Source: the human T2T-CHM13v2.0 reference genome, Homo sapiens
Direction: 5' to 3' (one strand)
DNA length: 64,000 nucleotides
Assembly: GCF_009914755.1 (NCBI RefSeq)
Contig: NC_060947.1
This document shows positions 56,771 through 64,000 of the stretch, piece by piece. The notes under the pieces were generated by a model. It had not been told where the DNA came from. It worked only from the letters and a program-made list of their open reading frames with translations, and did not search any database. The translations under genes were made by a program, and so were the position numbers. Position 1 is the first letter of the stretch; every line of letters starts with the position of its first letter.

Positions 56771-57177
56771 AACAAACTTCCACAGGCTCCCATTACCAGA
56801 TCTATCCACCAAATTAGCCTCTATACCCTTATATTCCCTAATTATATAGATGAACTATCCATGTGCCTGTTTATATCCAAAACCTCCCTGTATGCACTAG
56901 ATTTTCTTTCATGCCTACTGAAGAATAATGCTACAACAATTCTGCCCTTGTTCCTTCATTATACATGGTTTGCTTCCTACTGCATTCACATTAACATATA
57001 AGCATACCCTTAGTCCTACAATCTTAACAACAAACAAAAAGCTATTCTTGGCTCATTTTTTAGTTATTGCCTTGTTTTTTGCTTCCCACCTGCAGCAACA
57101 TTTCTTGAAACTGTAGGCTATCCATAGCGCCCCAAATTACTCTTCTCTCATTCTCCCTTAAGTCCACTGCCATTAAG

Positions 57178-58149
57178 CTTTCAGAAAAGTTCATGGAATA
57201 TGTGAAATATGAAAAACTATGAACATATTTCAAATTTTTGCAGCAAAATAAATTTTTACTAACTTGTTATAACATGTCTAAACAGGATCTAGTTTGAGGC
57301 ACTAAGAAGGAAAAGATATCCGTTTAAAAAGAGTTCCTATCAGAGCAACATGGATTCTGCTAATATAGAAGCAAGAAAAAACATGAAATTTATGGTGAAG
57401 CTTGGAAGGAATAATCGTGAAATCAATGACGCTTTATGCAAAGTTTATGGGAACAACTTCGTAAAGAAATCAGCAATTTACAAATGAATAACTCATTTTA
57501 AGAAGGGAAGAGACAATGTTTAAGATGAAGCCCACAGCAGCTGACCATCCATACCAATTTTTGAGGACAAAAATAATCTTCATGCCCTAATTTAAGAGGA
57601 CTGACAACTAACAGCAGAAACAATAGACAATACCACAGACCTCTCAGTTGGTTCAGCATACGCAATTCTAATAAATTAAAATTGAGCAGACTTTCCACCT
57701 CATGGGTATGTATCTAAGCCATTGGAACTTGGTCATCTACAGACAAGAGCAGAGCTTTCAATAGAAATTTTAAACAAATGAGAATAAAAGCCTGAAGGAG
57801 TTCTTTGAAAAACTGTAACAGGAGATAAAATAAAGATTTACCAGTAGGATCCTGAAGACAAAGTACATCAAATCAATGGCTACCAAGAGGTGGAAGTGGT
57901 CCAGTCAAAGAAAAAGCAGATGAGTCAGAAGCAAAAGCAATGGCAACAATTTTCTTGAAATGCTCAAGGCCAAAGAATAATAATATGTGCTCATTATGAG
58001 AGTGTTTTGAGAAAGCTAACCAATGCTTTAGCAAAAAATACCCAGAAAAATGTCTTGAAATTGATAGATCTTAAGGTGAGAAATAAAAGTCATTTTTAAT
58101 TTATATTTTATAATAACATTTTTCATGAACTTTTAAGTCCCCTCATGTA
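57178..58149 (+). mobile_element. HSMAR2 mariner transposon, internally deleted, with a transposase pseudogene starting at 57350
   Basis: TIR remnants TTCAGAAAAGTTCATGGA and TTCATGAACTTTTAAGTCCCCTCATGTA. Translation MDSANIEARKNMKFMVKLGRNNREINDALCKVYG, later VTGD..YQ*DPEDK, with stops and frameshifts. Confidence 0.88.
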
Positions 58150-58300
58150 GATATTATTTCTATTTTACATGTGAGAAAAATGATTTATCAAAGAGCTTGC
58201 ACAAGAGTTTTTTTAATTTAGAAAATATTATATTTATATTTGAATTAGGATAACTTTTATGTTCTCAAAATTCAGCCCAGTTAAAACAACAGAATATAGG

Positions 58301-58646
<346 letters not shown>

Positions 58647-59099
58647 CTACTTTGCATTATTACTTACACTTGATATATTACTTTTTTTTTTTTTATCACC
58701 TGACTCTTCCTCACTACCTCCAACCTCATGCTCATGGTTTGTTTAATTCATTCATTTCATAGTGGTCTTAAGAGGTTTTTCATGTATTTTGACTAGATGC
58801 TAAGTCTGGATATGGAAGGAGATCTTAAATTTCCCATTTCTCCTTCTATCTTAAAATATGTTTGGAGAGAAATAGTGAAACAAGATAAAATAAAATAAGA
58901 GAACAGAAAGCCAATTTGCTTCATGCTTAAACTCCCTAAGTAGGAAAAAAATCACATGAATAATAGCAACGTTAATAATTCACCTGTAGAAAATTGAAGA
59001 GGCTGTGTGTAAACAGGTGTAATTATAAGCAATAGTTCCATCTATGGATAACCCTCTTAATGGAGGCTCCTTGAGCTGAAATCCACAGACCATCGCAAC

Positions 59100-59230
59100 A
59101 GGCCCAGGGGTAGATTTTAGGTGTTCCATATTATTATCTTTCTTGTAAATGTAGGCAACAAGCCACAGTATTGTTGGTAGATCCTGTGATTTTTGTCACC
59201 AATAAAAATATTCTATTTTTTTAATACCAT
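59100..59230 (+). mobile_element. hAT-Charlie 5' portion, split by the ERV1 and resuming at 62572
   Basis: CCACAGTA..CCTGTGATTTTTGTCACCAATA, continuing as ACATTTCAG..AAAATATCATTTACACTCAT..GGTAGTTTTTAGACC. Confidence 0.55.
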
Positions 59231-59766
59231 TGATATAGAAATTTTCTCTTGGCATCTTTGCCGGACTTGCAGCAGGGGCACCCCATCTATCGACCTGCTG
59301 CGCTCAGCCACTTGCAGGAGGGAATACATGAGTGAATGAGTGTGGGATCTGGCCCGCCACTCTGAGAGCCAACACAGATTTTCTTTCTAGGGCTTCAACC
59401 TGAAGCTTAGAATTGAGTTTAGAACAAAAAGGTGCCTCAGGGAGTGCAGGGATTGATTTAAATTAAGTCGCAGGTGGCCCTGGCTAAATTTGCAGCCAGC
59501 AGCCAGCAGGGCTGCTCCTTTGCTTCCTCCTTGTCATAAGCCAAATGCCAAAGTGAAGCTGTGGATCTGGGTCCTCCTCAAACAAGAGAGAGAAAAGGGA
59601 GAATTGGAGAGCTGACCTAGTAAGATGCTTTCCAAAAGGAAAAAAAAAAAAAAAAAAAACAACTTCTCTCATAGAAAATCTCCTTGTATTCACATGTGTG
59701 TGTTAACTCCTGACATGATGGAGAAAAGAAAAAAAAAAGCACAGATGATAAATGTGGGGGTGGGGG

Positions 59767-60300
59767 TGTGATGGTTAATATTGAGTGTCAGCTTTCTTGA
59801 ATTGAAGGATGCAAAGTATTATTCCTGGGTGTGTGTGTCTGTGAGGGTGTTGCCAAAAGAGATTAACATTTGAGTCACTAGACTGGGAGAGGCAGACCCA
59901 CTCTCAATCTGGATGGGCACCATCTAATCAGCTGCTAGCATAAAAGCAGGCATGGAAAGAGCAGACTGGTTGAGTCTTCTGGCCTCCATATTTCTCCCAA
60001 GCTGGATGCTTCCTGCCCTCAAACATCAGACTCTAATTTCTTCAGCTTCTGGACTCTTAGACTTCTACTAGTGATTTGCCAGGGGCTCTCAGGCCTTCAG
60101 CTACAGACTAAAGGCTGTACTGTCAGCTTCCCTACTTTGAGGTTTTGAGACTCGGACGGCTTCCTGGTTCCTCAGCTTGCAGATGGCCTATTGTGAGACT
60201 TCACCTTATGAACATGTGAGTCAATTCTCCTAATAAACTCCCCTTCATGTATTTATCTATCCTATTAGTTCTTTCCCTTTAGGGAACCCTGTCTAATACA
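59767..60300 (+). mobile_element. MLT2A (MLT2A2-length, 534 bp) 5' LTR of HERV-L
   Basis: TGTGATGGTTAATATTGAGTGTCA..AATAAACTCCCC..GAACCCTGTCTAATACA. Confidence 0.9.
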
Positions 60301-61223
<923 letters not shown>

Positions 61224-61731
61224 TATTGTTTTGAATTGCATATCCGATGGCTGGGCTGAATGCTCATTCTACCTAGTAATATCTCTGCAGTTTGCAGCAA
61301 CACCCTTACCATTATAAAAGAGATACTAGCCATTTCATACCATGAAAGAAGAAAGGAAAAATGCCAGAAAATTTTGGGGGTCTTGGCTGATGCCCTAACT
61401 GGTGGTTGGGGACGGAATCAGTCTAGGGGCTTGCTTTTCAGCAACACGAAGACATGGCCTCAGCCGGATGCCTTCAGTTGCCCCAAGACTTTATTCTAGT
61501 CCTACACCATGGCTAGACCTTCGTGATAGGAAACAAAGCCAACGTTTCTTTCCCCACAAAGAGAGAGAGAGAGGTGGCAGGGTTGCATCCTGTCCTCTGT
61601 AGCTGCGCCATTCACTTTCAACAGACTAGTCAATGGTTCAGTGCTTCGTCTGCATTCAGAAGAAAGTCTGAGGAGAAGCAGCCTCGGAAAAAAGTGAAGA
61701 CTCTAGGTCCACATTTACTCACAATTCAGGT

Positions 61732-61749
61732 ATCCCAGATAAGTCCCCA
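61732..61749 (-). other. Primer-binding site, tRNA-Pro type
   Basis: Minus strand TGGGGACTTATCTGGGAT, 3 nt after the LTR, versus the tRNA-Pro PBS TGGGGGCTCGTCCGGGAT (14/18, all transitions). Confidence 0.75.
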
Positions 61750-62571
61750 AAATGATGCATAATTTTTCTCTCGGCCCCTTTTCCGGACTCATAGCAGGGT
61801 CGCCCTGTCTACTTAGCCTGCCGCCATCAGCCCCTTGCAAGGCTGGAGCACGTGAGCCAGCCAGTGCAGGATCTGGTGGGGCCCGCAGCCAGACCAGGCA
61901 TGTCACCTAGAAGGGAATGCGGTGGTGCCCAGGCAAGGATGCTCGCGACCCTGAAGCCCTAGAGAGGATGTTAGTGTGCTAATTAGCTCTTTTAATTCCA
62001 CCATCCACATCCTGATAGATGGTGGTATGTTAACAGTTCAGTCGCCCCCGGCTCTGCTGCATGAGGCACCTGCCCTCCGCTGGTGGGGGCCAAAGGCCAG
62101 TGTGACAGCCTTTCTGGGTACCTGCACTCAGTGGGTCCCAAGCTCTTGTGCAGCATCCAAGAAGAACGAGCATATACTGACAATCAAAGAGGGAGCAAGG
62201 TGGGGAGTTTTATTGAGTGATGATATGGCTTTCTGCTGAGAGGAGATGCGGGGGCTGTCACCCTACTCGAAGGCAGGAATATCCCCCCAATTTGGGTGAG
62301 CCTGGGATTTTATGGGCTCAGAACAGGGAAGGGGCAGGCCATAGGTAGTATTGGAAAAGGCAACATTCGATTGGTTAAAAGGCATCATTCAGAAATAGTC
62401 AGGAAAGGGTGGGCTAAAAAGGAACAGAAGGTCTTACTCTGGGTCTTGGGTTTCATCTGGGGCCAGCAGTCTGGTCTTTCAGCTTTCAGGCTGATTTTGT
62501 CTTGAAGGTGGGGTGTCACCAGGGACTCATCTCTAGCTGCCTAGGCATTTGGCTGCCTCATGTCTCTACCA

Positions 62572-63871
62572 ACATTTCAGTTTTAAAATATCATTTACAC
62601 TCATTATTATTTTAAAATTGTGGTAGTTTTTAGACCTGTCATGAGATTGCTCACTATTTCTCCTTGCACAGTATTACAAAGGTTATAGCACAGCTATCTG
62701 CACTGGAAGAGATCAACATGGTTTGTGAACAGTGAAAAAAACTTAGAAGTAGTTTTTTACTCAAATGCTGTGATATGTTTTTGAAGGAGTTCATCAAGGA
62801 ATGGGCATCCTCAACATTCACTTTCACTATGTAACTAGATAAAACAATAGACACCTCTCAATGTAACCAACAGCTTGTTTTTGTTCACAATGGGCATACT
62901 GACACCTTTAAAAAGAGAAATTGCATTTTTTGAGTGGTCCCTTTTGGATATTGCAAGGGCTGATGATGTTTAGAAACGGTAAAAAGTTATTTTGCCGAAT
63001 AAATATTTGACTAAGAAAAAAAATCGTCATACTCTTTGCACAGATGGAGCTTCTACAATGACTGGCAATACATCTGCTTTTGCTACTTCAGTGAAAAAAA
63101 ATCATCTTATGTCATTGTCACATGCTGCTTTTTACAGAGACATGCACTGGCAACAAAAGCTTTTGCAACAAACCTGAAAGGAGTTTTGTCAAGAGCCATA
63201 AATGTTATCAATAAAATCAGATGTAGATCTCTGAGTCACCTTATTTAAATTTTTAAAAAGTAATAATATATTCATCTCTACCATATGGAAATTCAATGGC
63301 TTTCAAGACAAGCCTTGCTGTTCTGGCTCAAATTACATGCAGAAATTTTACCTTTTTGGAAAAAAAATTACTCTTGGATCACTTTGGAAGAATGCATTTT
63401 ATCTATTGGTTGATTTACCTGACAGGTATTTTTAACCAAATGAATGAGATAAATCATTAAAAATTCTGAAGTCACCATATGGACGCTTCTGAAAATTTTC
63501 AAGCTTTCTTGACTAAGCTGCCAAAAACGAAATGTAGAGTCAGAAGTACTTGTGAACTTCACATTCTGAGGGAAATATTTTAACATAATTGAAAGGTTTT
63601 ATATAATGTTCCATCAATTTATTTGAAAAGAGAAGTTTACAAAGACTAGAAACACATCAGAACGTTTTCAAAAGGTATTTCTGCATTGATAGCACTATAG
63701 ATGAATCATAGATTCGCAATCCTTTCTTCTGATATAAACTGTGTGAAAGATGTTGAACTAGCCAAAGAGGAACCCATTGATGTTAGAAAGAACTTTTTAC
63801 AATTAGAATTTTACTCAAGAAGCCCTGGACAATCCTAATGTTCATTGTGACAAACCAGTCCTTGCATTCTA

Positions 63872-63918
<47 letters not shown>

Positions 63919-64000
63919 GCTTTAATTTCATGTTCAATAATATATCTTTGCAGATAGATATTTTCTGCTCTTGTAACCATCAAAATAAAAATTAAAATTA
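62572..64000 (+). pseudogene. hAT-Charlie (Buster/ZBED5-like) transposase remnant, running to the window edge
   Basis: Frame-hopping motifs QLD..D, LCTDGASTMTG, CCFLQRHALA (CxxH-like), VINKIR, YHMEIQWLSR and YL..IFNQMNEIN. Confidence 0.8.
63877..63914. repeat. (AT)19 microsatellite
   Basis: Direct reading. Confidence 0.95.

Overview
This is hominid (human-like) nuclear DNA: AT-rich, CpG-poor and made mostly of nested transposable elements, with more than half LINE-1 by eye. I find no supportable host gene exon, RNA gene or CRISPR array. The only long intact ORF is ORF2 (1275 aa) of a full-length, TSD-flanked L1PA2-like element (4181-10211, minus strand). Its ORF1 is broken by one CGA>TGA change, while its 5'UTR, YY1 site and antisense ORF0 are intact. 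Other content: a full-length old L1MA2-like element, three 5'-inverted (twin-primed) L1s of different ages, a probable L1 3' transduction, five Alus (one a probable deletion junction), ERV1/ERVL remnants, and decayed mariner (HSMAR2), Tigger and hAT-Charlie DNA transposons, plus MIR/L2 relics and microsatellites. Subfamily names come from recalled consensus features, not a database search. I see no evidence of a new biological system; the interesting signals are retrotransposition and rearrangement scars.
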